64,000 nucleotides of DNA from an uncultured Clostridia bacterium (GCA_934757855.1 CAKVLR010000003.1:103106-167105); one strand, 5' to 3'. Shown: positions 36,852 through 47,914, counted from the stretch's first letter. Notes: generated by a model from the letters alone, not told the origin. Numbers and translations are program-made.

Positions 36852-39800
36852 TTACATCAAAACTATATTCTCAGGTTCCAAATACCCGCACAATTCATTT
36901 TGTAGTGCAACACTACCATCAACTTTAAACGGCAAACTAAATGCTTTATTTCGCGCGCTACACTTTGCCACAACTGGGTGTTCACCCGTGTAATTAGACA
37001 AAATTTCAAATATTGTTTGTTTTAAAACTTCATCAGTCAAATCAAATTTAAGGTACAATTTTTCTACTCTTTTAGTTTCCGCTTCGGCTGGCTTTTCCCC
37101 TATCTTTTTATCATCTTTGCTTTGCCACATTTGTATATCTTCTGGCAAAACGATAGGTCTATCGCCTTCGCGAATACTTATTTTACCTATAAAAGTCATC
37201 ATACTATCGACAATCAAATAAGGCTTAAATTTTTCATAAATTTTCGGGAAAACCAAAACCTCAAAAGTGCCGTACAAGTCCTCAACCGTGACAACCGCCA
37301 TTTCCTTGTTGCCCACTTTTGTATTCATACGCTTTACATTTGTCAAAATACCACCGCATTTCACTGCCTGTCCATCTTCAATTCCTTCGTAAACAGTGGT
37401 TTGTTCCTCACCATCTTCACTCTCGATAGTCATAGGAATTAGCATATTGCTGTTTAAGTTAAATTCCTTGTATTTATCTCTATACTGGTCCAAAATATGT
37501 CCACTAACATACACGCCTAACACATCTTTTTCAAAACGCAAGCGTTGCTGGTCTGTATATTCTGGAATGTTTGGATATTGCACAACATTAAGCGTTTTGT
37601 CCTCTTTTAAGAGGTTATCAAACAAAGTAAGTTGTCCTTGTGTCTGCGATTTTCTATCACTCGATACGCGCTCTACGATTGTATCATAAACCGCTATCAT
37701 TTGGCTTCTTGGCACACCAAAACAATCAAAAGCGCCTGAGTAAATCATAGACTCCAAAAATCTCTTGTTGTGTGCTTGTCCGCCCATACGCGAAATAAAG
37801 TCTTGCAAACTCTTAAATTCACCATTTGCTTCGCGCTCGCGTACTAGGTCCTCAACAAGTGCTACACCTACATTTTTGATACCACCCAAACCGTAGCGAA
37901 TATCTTTGTCGCTTTCGATACTAAAATATGCCAAACTCTTGTTTACATTTGGAGGTAAAATATTTATGTCGTGCTGTCTAGCCAACTCCATATAGTGTGT
38001 CAACTCATCACTTTTGGTGATACGGTTGTTCATAATCGCCGTGTAAAATTCGATTTTGTGGTACAATTTCATCCACGCGGTTTGGTATGTGATAAATGCA
38101 TACGCCGCTGCGTGCGCCTTGTTAAATGCATAACTACCGAATTTCTCCATTTGACTCCACAATTTTTCAGCGTCTTCGAGTTTCATACCGCGTTTTAATA
38201 CGCCCTCGATACTCTTTTTACCTTCTGGGTCCTCCCAGCCGTAAATAAAGCGTTGTTTTTCAATAGGCAATTTATCTGCAAGTTTTTTACCCATAATTTT
38301 ACGCACGCCGTCTGCCTGTCCCATTGTGTAGCCCGCTAGCACCTGACAGAGTTTCATAACCTGCTCTTGATATACCATAACCCCGTAAGTAACGCCTAGT
38401 ACATCTTTCATCTTAGGGTCTGGGTAAATTATGCTTTCTGGGTTTTTACGGTTTTTTATGTATGTAGGAATTTCATCCATAGGCCCTGGGCGATACATCG
38501 CAAGGATAACGATGATTTCCTCGATATTGACAGGCTTCATTTCCTTTGCAAAGCCCGAAATACCGCCACTTTCAAGTTGGAACACACCATCATTGTCGCC
38601 CGAACCGATGAGTTTATACACCTCAGGGTCATCATAACGAAATTTACCATTGTAAAAATCTACCGTTTCGCCAGTGCGTTGCTTGATAAGTTTAATCATC
38701 AAATCCAAATCAGTAAGAGTAATTAGACCCAAAAAGTCCATTTTTAGCAAGCCCAAATGCTCGGTTTCGTTTTTATCAAACTGAGTTGTTACCATTTCAC
38801 CATTTTTAGCCATTGGCACATGGTCGGAAATATCATCACAGCAAATTACGACACCCGCTGCGTGAATACTAGTATTTCTAGGCATATTTTCTAGTTTTAC
38901 CGCTGTGTCAACAATCTTTTGAATTAGTGGGTCGCTTTCGTACATTGTGTGGAGTTCTGCAACAGCATATTCCGCATCTTCTGGTTTTTTACTGATACCA
39001 AATACCTTTTCAATCGCTGGCGCCTTGGGCATTTTGCTAGGGAAAAGTTTTGTTATTTTATCCACTTCGGAATAAGGCATTTTCAGTACGCGCGCTACAT
39101 CTTTTATCGCTGCTTTTGCTGCCATTGTACCAAAAGTAATGATTTGGCTCACATTCGGCTCTCCGTATTTTTCGATAACATATTCAATCGTTTTTTCACG
39201 CCTTACAGGGCAAAAATCTATATCAAAGTCAGGAGGGCTTACACGCTCAGGGTTTAAGAAACGCTCAAACCACAAGTCGTATTTTAGCGGGTCAATCAAA
39301 GTAATACCTATTGCGTATGCCAAAATACTAGCAGCACCACTACCACGCCCTGGACCTACTGGCACATCGTGTTCGTGCGACCAGTTAATAAAGTCCCACA
39401 CAACCAAATAGTAATCGACATACCCACTTTTTATCAAGGTATTCATTTCATACTCGGCACGCTCGCGTATGCGCGGAGTAATTTCCCCATATTTTTTTAG
39501 CAAACCTTCATTTACAATTTTCCAAAGATAGTCAACATTACTCATACCATCAGGTGCAGTAAATTTAGGGTAAAACTGACTCTTAAAGTCAAGTTCAACA
39601 TTGCACTTTTCGGCAATTTCAAGCGTATTTTCTATACTTTCAGGGTGAGCAGGAAAAACTTGTCGCATTTCCTCCTCAGTCTTTAAATAAAATTGATTTC
39701 CGTCCATTCTCATTCGGTCTGGGTCATCAATAGTCTTTCCCGTTTGAATACAAAGCATAATATCTTGCATTTCGCTATCTTCGGGATACAAATAGTGGAC

Positions 39801-40409
39801 ATCATTAGTAGCGATAGTCTTTACTCCCAGAACTTCAGCCAAACGGAACAAATCAGGCAAAATTTGTCGTTGCAACGCGATACCGTGGTCTTGAACCTCT
39901 ATATAAAAGTCACCTTCGGCAAACATATCGCGCAAACGAGCACCAAACTTGACCGCATCATCAAATCTTCCTTGCGCAAGTAATCTAGGTATATCACCTG
40001 CAAGGCACGCCGAACTACAAATCAAACCTTCGCTATACTGTGCCAAAGTGTTGTAGTCAATTCGTGGCTTATAGTAAAAACCCTTTACCCAAGCAATACT
40101 GTTGAGTTTTATTAAGTTGTGATAACCTTTTTCATTTTTTGCCAAAATAATTAGGTGCGCTGGATTTGGCTTGCCTTGCTTGTAATTTAGGTCATCGACT
40201 ACATAAAATTCTGTGCCAATGATAGGCTTGATACCATTTTCTTTGCAAGCCTCATAAAATTTCACCGCGCCGTACATATTTCCGTGGTCGGTTATTGCAC
40301 AAGCAGGTGCGCCACGCTCTTTTAAAATCTTTACCAATTTTTTGATACGAGCAGCACCATCTAGCAAACTATATTCAGTATGCAAGTGCAAATGCACAAA
40401 TTTTTCCAT
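36852..40409 (-). CDS. dnaE: DNA polymerase III subunit alpha (DnaE type)
   Basis: 1185 aa. N-terminal PHP domain (HLHLHTEYSLLDG), polymerase core, and an OB fold near the C-terminus. Confidence 0.95.
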   Translation of the reverse strand: MEKFVHLHLHTEYSLLDGAARIKKLVKILKERGAPACAITDHGNMYGAVKFYEACKENGIKPIIGTEFYVVDDLNYKQGKPNPAHLIILAKNEKGYHNLIKLNSIAWVKGFYYKPRIDYNTLAQYSEGLICSSACLAGDIPRLLAQGRFDDAVKFGARLRDMFAEGDFYIEVQDHGIALQRQILPDLFRLAEVLGVKTIATNDVHYLYPEDSEMQDIMLCIQTGKTIDDPDRMRMDGNQFYLKTEEEMRQVFPAHPESIENTLEIAEKCNVELDFKSQFYPKFTAPDGMSNVDYLWKIVNEGLLKKYGEITPRIRERAEYEMNTLIKSGYVDYYLVVWDFINWSHEHDVPVGPGRGSGAASILAYAIGITLIDPLKYDLWFERFLNPERVSPPDFDIDFCPVRREKTIEYVIEKYGEPNVSQIITFGTMAAKAAIKDVARVLKMPYSEVDKITKLFPSKMPKAPAIEKVFGISKKPEDAEYAVAELHTMYESDPLIQKIVDTAVKLENMPRNTSIHAAGVVICCDDISDHVPMAKNGEMVTTQFDKNETEHLGLLKMDFLGLITLTDLDLMIKLIKQRTGETVDFYNGKFRYDDPEVYKLIGSGDNDGVFQLESGGISGFAKEMKPVNIEEIIVILAMYRPGPMDEIPTYIKNRKNPESIIYPDPKMKDVLGVTYGVMVYQEQVMKLCQVLAGYTMGQADGVRKIMGKKLADKLPIEKQRFIYGWEDPEGKKSIEGVLKRGMKLEDAEKLWSQMEKFGSYAFNKAHAAAYAFITYQTAWMKLYHKIEFYTAIMNNRITKSDELTHYMELARQHDINILPPNVNKSLAYFSIESDKDIRYGLGGIKNVGVALVEDLVREREANGEFKSLQDFISRMGGQAHNKRFLESMIYSGAFDCFGVPRSQMIAVYDTIVERVSSDRKSQTQGQLTLFDNLLKEDKTLNVVQYPNIPEYTDQQRLRFEKDVLGVYVSGHILDQYRDKYKEFNLNSNMLIPMTIESEDGEEQTTVYEGIEDGQAVKCGGILTNVKRMNTKVGNKEMAVVTVEDLYGTFEVLVFPKIYEKFKPYLIVDSMMTFIGKISIREGDRPIVLPEDIQMWQSKDDKKIGEKPAEAETKRVEKLYLKFDLTDEVLKQTIFEILSNYTGEHPVVAKCSARNKAFSLPFKVDGSVALQNELCGYLEPENIVLM

Positions 40410-40418
40410 TATGTTCTC

Positions 40419-41393
40419 CTAATCGTTTTGTTTTTTCAAATCTTCCGCATATTTCACAATTTTGCGTAACCTGTGATTAATTCCGCTTTTCGTTAGAGGC
40501 GGATTCATCAACTTTGCCAAATTTTCTAGCGTTTCATCTGGATTTGCCAAACGCAACATACACAACTCATACAAATTTTCTGACAAACTCTCTAGCCCTA
40601 CCGTTTGCGCTATGTATTCAATCGCAGAAATTTGCTTTAAACTAGCCTCTACCATTTTTTCCATATTGCTATTCATACAATTTAATTGTCTGTTTAGTTG
40701 ATTGCGCACTTCACGCACTGCAAATTCATTTTGCAATACCAATACCGCGTGATTTGCGCCAACTAATGCCAATATATCGCTTACAATTTCGGCTTCTTTT
40801 ATGTACACAACTGTTAATTTTTTGCGTTGCATTATCTTTGAATAGATGTCATATTGCGACAAGACATGGGTAAAATCACCCGCTAGCGTGTGGCTAGTAA
40901 ACACAAATTCAAGATGATACCCGCCCGTATGTTTTTTGAGGTCATTGATGTCTTTTATCACAATATTTGCGCTCGCGCACCCCATAAATACACCCTTTAC
41001 AAAAGAGCGTTGGCAACATTCTTTTTCAATCAAAAAACGCGATATATTCTCGTGAATTTCCCATTCGCCATTGTAATTTTGCCTCAACACAAATATATCT
41101 TTTAATATTTGTTCACTCAAATTTTGCGGTATCGCAATTTGGAAGCGTATTGCGTGGTTTGGGCGTTCGTTTTGCGAAAGTGAAAGTACATTTTCCTGCT
41201 TGTATAGCAATTTTATTAACCCGCATACGCGCTTGTATAGATTCTCAATTTCAGTTACAAGATTGATTGAATAATCATCTTCAATTCTACCACAGGTGCG
41301 AACAATACCCGCAAGTTCCGCACGCGCACAACATTCTTCACTTGGCAAATCGCTTTCTGCCACTTCAAATTTTGCATCATATGAAAAAGACAT
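40419..41393 (-). CDS. whiA: DNA-binding protein WhiA
   Basis: 324 aa. Degenerate LAGLIDADG-like N-terminal region and a C-terminal HTH (...KSGINHRLRKI...). Confidence 0.9.
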   Translation of the reverse strand: MSFSYDAKFEVAESDLPSEECCARAELAGIVRTCGRIEDDYSINLVTEIENLYKRVCGLIKLLYKQENVLSLSQNERPNHAIRFQIAIPQNLSEQILKDIFVLRQNYNGEWEIHENISRFLIEKECCQRSFVKGVFMGCASANIVIKDINDLKKHTGGYHLEFVFTSHTLAGDFTHVLSQYDIYSKIMQRKKLTVVYIKEAEIVSDILALVGANHAVLVLQNEFAVREVRNQLNRQLNCMNSNMEKMVEASLKQISAIEYIAQTVGLESLSENLYELCMLRLANPDETLENLAKLMNPPLTKSGINHRLRKIVKYAEDLKKQND

Positions 41394-41446
41394 ACTAAAC
41401 TCCTTTTAACCATTATATACCAACTTTGAGATTTTGAAAAGACTTT

Positions 41447-42178
41447 TTACTCACTAATTTTTATATTTACGATTTTTTCTAGTGGAAAATCATATTTTTT
41501 CAAAAATTCCTTTTGCAACTCACAAGTCCCTACTCTTTCCTTTTTGTGCGCATCGCTACTGAGTACAAATTTTGCATCACTTTGTTTTAGCGCTTCCACT
41601 TCTTCCGCAGGAATATCTATGCGTTTGCCGTTAAATTCAAACAAAACCCCAAATTCTACGCAGGCTTTTGCCAACTTCACTGTATCACATTTAGTCGCAT
41701 AATTTGGGTGAACGACTATTTTTACTGGATATTTTTTCATTGCTACAATATAACTATCTGTTACTTTTTGCCTATATTTTTTTGTACTAGGGAAAAGATT
41801 TCGCAAATTAAACCATAGACTTCCCTTTACGCGCTTTCCAAATGTGGCTTTGTGTATGCCAAAAATCACATAATCTAGTGCTTTTATATCATCTTCGGTC
41901 AAATCAAGTTCACCACGCAAGTTAAGCAAATTCGCCTCAATGCCTAAATAAATCTTAATTTGCGGATATAGTTTTTTTAGTCTTTCAACCTCCGCGCGCA
42001 TTTCACGAATTTGCTCCCTTTTGATACCACCACTTCGATGATTAAAGCCGTGGTCGGTTATGCCGATTTCACTAAGCCCACGCTCTACCGCCTGCTTTAC
42101 ATTTTCCTCCATCGTACTATGCCCATCACTATAAATAGTGTGAGTGTGATAGTCGGCAGTCATTACAAAATCTTTCAT
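41447..42178 (-). CDS. PHP-domain phosphoesterase (histidinol-phosphatase HisJ family)
   Basis: ADYHTHTIYSDGH N-terminal metal-binding motif. ITDHG and SSDAH motifs. Confidence 0.75.
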   Translation of the reverse strand: MKDFVMTADYHTHTIYSDGHSTMEENVKQAVERGLSEIGITDHGFNHRSGGIKREQIREMRAEVERLKKLYPQIKIYLGIEANLLNLRGELDLTEDDIKALDYVIFGIHKATFGKRVKGSLWFNLRNLFPSTKKYRQKVTDSYIVAMKKYPVKIVVHPNYATKCDTVKLAKACVEFGVLFEFNGKRIDIPAEEVEALKQSDAKFVLSSDAHKKERVGTCELQKEFLKKYDFPLEKIVNIKISE

Positions 42179-43075
42179 TTATTCCCCTTTTAGCAGTATC
42201 AATTCCAACTGCAAATCTTCTCTATATTTATCTTTTACAGCAATTTTAATTTTATCTATCAACGCCAGCACTTGCTTGCAACTAGCCTTGCCCACATTTA
42301 CGATATAGCCAGAATGAACACTCGATACCATTGCATCACCTACTCGCATCCCCTTAAACCCGCATTTTTCAATCATAAATGCAGGGGCTAATTCGCCAGT
42401 CTTTTTAAACACGCTCCCAGCGCTCGCAAAACCAACACTTTGCGCTTTTGCGCGTTTTAGCATAGTTTCGCGAATATTTTTTGTCACTTCTTCTACACTT
42501 TTTTGCTCAAATTGAAATAATACTTCTATTATAGCACAAAATTTGCTATTTGTAAAAACACTGTGACGATAATTAAAAAAAAGTTTTGATTTATCTAGCA
42601 CAACCACTTCATCATCAATCAAAATTTTTACACTTTCTACAATGTCAGCCATTTGCCCACCAAACGCCCCGCAATTCATTACCACAGCGCCACCTACGGT
42701 CGCAGGAATTGAAATTGCCCATTCAAGCCCCGATAATCCTTGATTTTTGGTAAATTGCACCAAATCTGCCAAAGTTGTACCACCTTTGACTAAAATTTTG
42801 CCATTATCTAGTAATGTAATGCCTTTTAATTTTTTGGTACAAATTATTACGCCCGAATAACCGTTGTCATCTGCTAAAATATTTGACCCAGCCCCTAGTA
42901 TAAAGTGTGGCGTTTTAGTTTTTTCGCAAAATTTGACCACATTGCGCAATTCCTCCTCGTTTTGCGGGTAGCACACAAAACGCGCATTACCCCCTATTTT
43001 AAAAGTAGTCAAACTGCGTAACGATATATTAGTTAGCACATTAGGACAAATCGCCTTTAAATCTTCAAGTTCCAT
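42179..43075 (-). CDS. murB: UDP-N-acetylenolpyruvoylglucosamine reductase
   Basis: FAD-binding domain (ILGAGSNIL) and the C-terminal MurB domain (GSVFKK... S-type active site). Confidence 0.9.
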   Translation of the reverse strand: MELEDLKAICPNVLTNISLRSLTTFKIGGNARFVCYPQNEEELRNVVKFCEKTKTPHFILGAGSNILADDNGYSGVIICTKKLKGITLLDNGKILVKGGTTLADLVQFTKNQGLSGLEWAISIPATVGGAVVMNCGAFGGQMADIVESVKILIDDEVVVLDKSKLFFNYRHSVFTNSKFCAIIEVLFQFEQKSVEEVTKNIRETMLKRAKAQSVGFASAGSVFKKTGELAPAFMIEKCGFKGMRVGDAMVSSVHSGYIVNVGKASCKQVLALIDKIKIAVKDKYREDLQLELILLKGE

Positions 43076-43086
43076 ATTTGCCTCCC

Positions 43087-44109
43087 TTATTTTTGCATTT
43101 CCGCTATCTGGACACTTGGCGTAAATACATTTAGCACCTGTAATTTCCCGCTCAACGCTTCCTCAAAATCGGCGTACTCATTTTTGTAAATTTTTTGCCC
43201 ATTGACACTAAACATTCCTATTGAAGTAAGTTTTGCTTGAATAGGATTTGAAGTGATAAATTTGATAAATTTTTCCGCGTGCGGAATTAGATTTTCATCT
43301 TTTGTGGTGATAGACATATATTGAATTAAATCAGTATAATTTGTCATAAAACGATATTTTATTCCGCTTAAATTGCCTAATTGAACTTTGTTATTTAACC
43401 GATAAAAATCGCGTTGTGTGCCTAGCAACACTTGAAATTCATTCCCCCGCAAAAAACTCTCATAAGCCTGATACTGCGTGTATTTTGTATCACAAAGATA
43501 CCCGCGTTCCGTACTAGTTAGCGAACGCATAGGAATATTGAATGTATAGCCAGTGCCTATCACTTGTTTGTCACTTTTTTCTTTGGCTTGCGCAAAATTT
43601 TCTTCGGTTAAATCACCAAAATCTTCATTTGCACATAAGCAATACCCACCGAAAGCCCACGGAATAGCATATTGCTTGCCTTCGTTTATTCCGCCCGCCA
43701 AAATATCGCCACGCACTCCAAAATTTGCATTAGTTTCAGCACTAATAGGCAAAATAAAATCGCCCGCGCCTACCCCAAAACTCATAATATCAGGTCTTGC
43801 GCCTTGCTCTAGCATCAGTTTTGCTTGATTTATATCAAATGAGCGGACAAGCACATAGGTACTAATCGTTTGCTCTTGATACAAAAAGGCATTTTTCTCT
43901 AAAAAACGCGCACGACTGGCGCTACCGCCCTCAAAAGTGTCAATTTGCCACAATTCCAAAAACACCGCATTTGGTGGAGCGGTCTTTATCCAGTCCTCAC
44001 GCCCCGCATATGCCCGTGGGATAATTACATAAGGCGCAACAAACAAAAAAGCGGTTACAATTAGCGCAAACACGGCAAAAATTTTCTTTTCTTTGGAACT
44101 AACAGGCAA
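43087..44109 (-). CDS. Secreted or membrane-anchored protein of unknown function (loosely solute-binding-protein-like)
   Basis: With a TTG start at 44109 (GGAGG 6 nt upstream) the N-terminus is MPVSSKEKKIFAVFALIVTAFLFVAPYVIIPRAYA, a signal peptide or anchor. I recognise no catalytic motif. Confidence 0.55.
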   Translation of the reverse strand: MPVSSKEKKIFAVFALIVTAFLFVAPYVIIPRAYAGREDWIKTAPPNAVFLELWQIDTFEGGSASRARFLEKNAFLYQEQTISTYVLVRSFDINQAKLMLEQGARPDIMSFGVGAGDFILPISAETNANFGVRGDILAGGINEGKQYAIPWAFGGYCLCANEDFGDLTEENFAQAKEKSDKQVIGTGYTFNIPMRSLTSTERGYLCDTKYTQYQAYESFLRGNEFQVLLGTQRDFYRLNNKVQLGNLSGIKYRFMTNYTDLIQYMSITTKDENLIPHAEKFIKFITSNPIQAKLTSIGMFSVNGQKIYKNEYADFEEALSGKLQVLNVFTPSVQIAEMQK

Positions 44110-44161
44110 AAAACACCTCCGCAAAATAACATTAAATTGTATGCGAAGGTGTATCTAAATA

Positions 44162-45985
44162 TTATTCTTCAAAATATTTTTTGATAGCGATTGCATCTTT
44201 TTCTGTGATACTAGGCACTGCTTGCAATTCGCTAATAGTTGCATTTTTGATATTTTCGATTGATTTAAAATGTTTAAATAAATTTTTACGCTTTGTAGGA
44301 CCTATCCCTTCGATTTCCTCTAAAATACTAGAAATTTTATTCCTAAGGCTTCGGTGAAAAGTAATCGCAAAGCGGTGTGATTCATCACGAATACGCTGTA
44401 AAAGTTTTAGGCTGTTGTGTGTGCGCGGAATAATTATAGGCGTAGAAGAATTTGGCACAAAAACTTCTTCTTCTTGCTTTGCTAGACCTATCATAGGTAT
44501 ATCAACCCCACATTCGTGCATAGCCTCAACCGCGTTTGAGAGTTGCCCCTTACCACCATCAACCACAATCAAGTCAGGTTTGCTCGAAAAACTAGGGTCA
44601 GTGTTGTCAGGTTTTTTCAACTCATTTAGCCTACGCGTGATTATTTCTTTCATACTTGCAAAGTCGTTTGCGCCCTCAACAGTCTTGATTTTGAATTTGC
44701 GGTAGTGACTGGTCCTTGCCTCACCATCAATAAATACCACCATTGAAGCGACACTCAGCACGCCACCTATATTTGAAATATCATAACATTCCATACGGTG
44801 AATAGGCTTATTTAGACCCAAAATATCTGCCAAATTTTTACTTGCACCTATCGTGAAATCAGCAATTCGTTTTTCTTTCTCCACTGCTTTATCTAGATAC
44901 ATTACAGCATTATCTTGCGCAATTTGCAATAGTTTACGCTTTTCTCCCCTTTGCGGGAAACTCAAATTTACCGCGCTCGCTCTCCCGATACTAGCAGATT
45001 TTCTTTGCTCACTTAGCCACTCCGCAAGTGATTCGCTAGGCTCAAAAGGAATTAAAATCTGCTCAGGTGGAATTGCCGATACCGAATAGTATTGCGTAAT
45101 AAATTGCGTGAGGCTTTCTTCCAAACTGATTTCAGCATCAACCAAATGGAAGCAATCTACTCCTACACTACGCCCACCTCGTATAATTAGTACCGCAATA
45201 CTTGCAGTTGAGCCATTACTTGCCCACGCGAAAGCATCAATATTGTCAAGATTTGGCATAAATGTAAGTGTTTTTTGTTTAATTCTATCTAGCATTGCTA
45301 AATCATCACGAATAGTTAACGCAAGTTCAAATTGCTCATTATCGGCTAATTTTTGCATTTTTTGTTGCAAAATTTCTTGCACTTCGCCAAATTTGCCGTT
45401 TAAAAATTCAATCGCCTTTTTCACATATTCATTGTAGGTCGTGCTATCAATTTTTTTGCAACAAGGCGCCGAACAAAGCCCTAAATCGTAATTTATACAA
45501 GGCCTTGTTCTGTGAGGCATTTTGCCTTTACACATACGCAACGGGTACGCGTTGTTTATCATTTTTATGAGTTCCGTTGGGCTGACCCCAGCAAAATATG
45601 GCCCAAAATATTTTGCACCATCTCGCTTTAATTTTCGCACAATGTCTAGCCTCGGAAATTCTTGCTTTGTGTCTATACGAATGTACGGATACGATTTTCC
45701 GTCTTTTAACAAAATATTGTAATATGGTTGATAACGCTTGATTAAGTTGTTTTCAAGTGCTAGCGCTTCCGCCTCATTTGGAGTCACAATATAGTAAAAA
45801 TCGGCGATATTTTTCACCATACTATTTACTTTTATGGTGTGCGACTTGCTATTTTGAAAGTATTGCGTAACGCGGTTTTTCAAATTTTTAGCCTTGCCTA
45901 CATAAATGACTTCGCCATCAATGTTTTTCATTATATACACACCGCTATTTTGCGGGAGTTCTCTTACTTTTGTCTTTAAATCCAT
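44162..45985 (-). CDS. uvrC: Excinuclease ABC subunit C
   Basis: GIY-YIG N-terminus (SGVYIMKN...EVIYVGKAKNL), the UvrB-interacting region, an RNase H-like endonuclease domain, and a C-terminal (HhH)2. ATG 45985 is preferred over TTG 46003, which lies inside the promoter. Confidence 0.95.
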   Translation of the reverse strand: MDLKTKVRELPQNSGVYIMKNIDGEVIYVGKAKNLKNRVTQYFQNSKSHTIKVNSMVKNIADFYYIVTPNEAEALALENNLIKRYQPYYNILLKDGKSYPYIRIDTKQEFPRLDIVRKLKRDGAKYFGPYFAGVSPTELIKMINNAYPLRMCKGKMPHRTRPCINYDLGLCSAPCCKKIDSTTYNEYVKKAIEFLNGKFGEVQEILQQKMQKLADNEQFELALTIRDDLAMLDRIKQKTLTFMPNLDNIDAFAWASNGSTASIAVLIIRGGRSVGVDCFHLVDAEISLEESLTQFITQYYSVSAIPPEQILIPFEPSESLAEWLSEQRKSASIGRASAVNLSFPQRGEKRKLLQIAQDNAVMYLDKAVEKEKRIADFTIGASKNLADILGLNKPIHRMECYDISNIGGVLSVASMVVFIDGEARTSHYRKFKIKTVEGANDFASMKEIITRRLNELKKPDNTDPSFSSKPDLIVVDGGKGQLSNAVEAMHECGVDIPMIGLAKQEEEVFVPNSSTPIIIPRTHNSLKLLQRIRDESHRFAITFHRSLRNKISSILEEIEGIGPTKRKNLFKHFKSIENIKNATISELQAVPSITEKDAIAIKKYFEE

Positions 45986-46090
45986 ATCTAAATTATATAC
46001 CAAACTGCAAAATTTTTCAACAACTTTTGCAAATTAACATTTTTTTAGTCAATCGCATATCTAATTTTGACAAATTTAAGGAGAAAATCT

Positions 46091-46312
46091 ATGACTGTTT
46101 CTCAGGCTCTTGTGATTGTGCTACTAATCTCTGTATGGGCGGGTGCAACAGGTGCTGACCTTGCGACAAACTCAAATATTCTCATCATTCTCTTGATTGC
46201 TCTTATTGCGCTAGCGGGAGTCACTACCCTTTCAAACGATAGCACTTCATCAAGGTGTGCAAACCGTGTATTATCAAGCGGTAACGGCACAATTTTGCAA
46301 ACTTTATTTTAA
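46091..46312 (+). CDS. Small two-TM membrane protein, function unknown
   Basis: AAGGAG lies 7 nt before ATG 46091. Hydrophobic 73-aa product. I recognise no family. Confidence 0.4.
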   Translation: MTVSQALVIVLLISVWAGATGADLATNSNILIILLIALIALAGVTTLSNDSTSSRCANRVLSSGNGTILQTLF

Positions 46313-46367
46313 ACTCTAAAATATATATTTAAAAAATGGATTTATGAATTAATTTCGTAGTTTTTCC

Positions 46368-46398
46368 ATACAAAAAAGGGGCTTAATTGTCCCTTTTT
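46368..46398. terminator. Bidirectional terminator between the small ORF and the AI-2E transporter gene
   Basis: AAAAGGGGC-TTAATT-GTCCCTTTT hairpin flanked by an A-run and a T-run. Confidence 0.6.
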
Positions 46399-47914
46399 AC
46401 AACATATCAGCAACATCAGGTTCTTCTGTGCTGTTTTCTTCACTCTTTACCGTTTTTTCAGCGGTAATTTCGCGTGTGTTTTTCGTGGTAGATTTTTCCG
46501 ATTTCGTGAGTTCATTTTTACTAATTTTGTGTTTTTTACTAGCCTTAGATTTAAGCACAAAGTCAGCACTTTCTGTTTCAGCCTCAGTTTCCTTTTGTGT
46601 AGGTTTTTTATGCTTCAACGCTTGCAATTTCACAAAATCTTCCTCTTCCTTTTCAATAGGTAGATTAAATGAAGTATCTTGCGACAAGTCTAACAAGTCC
46701 GACACATCGGCAAGATTTGCGTCCAATATGCCAGCGTTTACCATTTCTTCGTGTTCGCGCCTTGCCTCACGCACTTCTAGGCGTTCTTGCATTACAATCA
46801 TAATTACGGACGCCACAGGAGCGGATAAAATCATACCCACAAGTCCAAACATTGCCCCACCGATAATCATTGAGCCAACGATAACAAGCGCGCGCGTATT
46901 CATACGCTTACTCATTATAAATGCAGGTACAAATGTAGTCACCAACGCCCAGTCAAGAATAGCAAAAATAACGGACATTAGCATCATATTTATGTCGCCA
47001 AACATCAATGTTACCACTGCTAACGGAATGGCTGCAATAAAACCACCCAAATATGGAATAATTGTGAACAAGCCTAACAGCAGTGCCATTAAAAATGCCA
47101 TAGGCACGCCCATAATCAAGAAACCTATCAAGCCTATCACGAAAATTATAAACATAACGATAAGGTTTGAAATTACATATTGATTTAGCATATCATTTGT
47201 GCGGTGCGTTATAGTCAAAATTTCTTCGGCGTGCTTGCGGTCATTGTATGCATAAGTTGTACGCTTGCAGACACTAGAAATGAGTTCTTTATCTTTTAGC
47301 ATCAAAAATGACACCAAAAGACCCATAAAAGTTGAAGCGACTATGCTAAGCGTATCCATCAAAATTGAGGCAATGTTGCTAGTAAATGTACTAATTCCCG
47401 ACTGCAATGCGTTACCTATATTGTTGATTGCATCGGTAATTGCTTGGTCCAACTGCTCGGCAGGTAGCCCTGTCAAAGATTGCATAATACTAGTCAATGA
47501 GGTTTTGATTTTATCTACAAGTACAGTTAGGTTTTCACCTTGAAATTCTTGCAAAACATTCACAAGGCTAGGCACTGAAAATGCAATAACCAGCGCAATT
47601 ATTACAATCAAAATTGAATACAAGATACTAAGAGAAATTGCGCGTTTGTATTTTCTCGCACGCGGATTACCTACAAAGCAATTTTTTAGCAATTTGTTTT
47701 CGATAAATTCCATAGGTTTTAGCAGTAAAAAGCCTATAACAAGCGCAATAATTATAGGAGTAAGTCCAGCAAGAAGGCTTAAAAACAAGTTTCTAATTAT
47801 GTCGCCCGCCATACTCCACAACACTAGCGCACAAAGTATCGCAATAAATAGCCAAACATACCATTTTTTGCTTCCTCTATGCTCATTATTATTTGTTGGA
47901 TAATCTTGTTGCAT
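46397..47914 (-). CDS. AI-2E family (PerM/UPF0118) transporter with a long charged C-terminal tail
   Basis: Eight or so TM helices with the typical PerM layout, then roughly 120 aa of E/K/T/S-rich low-complexity sequence. Confidence 0.85.
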   Translation of the reverse strand: MQQDYPTNNNEHRGSKKWYVWLFIAILCALVLWSMAGDIIRNLFLSLLAGLTPIIIALVIGFLLLKPMEFIENKLLKNCFVGNPRARKYKRAISLSILYSILIVIIALVIAFSVPSLVNVLQEFQGENLTVLVDKIKTSLTSIMQSLTGLPAEQLDQAITDAINNIGNALQSGISTFTSNIASILMDTLSIVASTFMGLLVSFLMLKDKELISSVCKRTTYAYNDRKHAEEILTITHRTNDMLNQYVISNLIVMFIIFVIGLIGFLIMGVPMAFLMALLLGLFTIIPYLGGFIAAIPLAVVTLMFGDINMMLMSVIFAILDWALVTTFVPAFIMSKRMNTRALVIVGSMIIGGAMFGLVGMILSAPVASVIMIVMQERLEVREARREHEEMVNAGILDANLADVSDLLDLSQDTSFNLPIEKEEEDFVKLQALKHKKPTQKETEAETESADFVLKSKASKKHKISKNELTKSEKSTTKNTREITAEKTVKSEENSTEEPDVADML

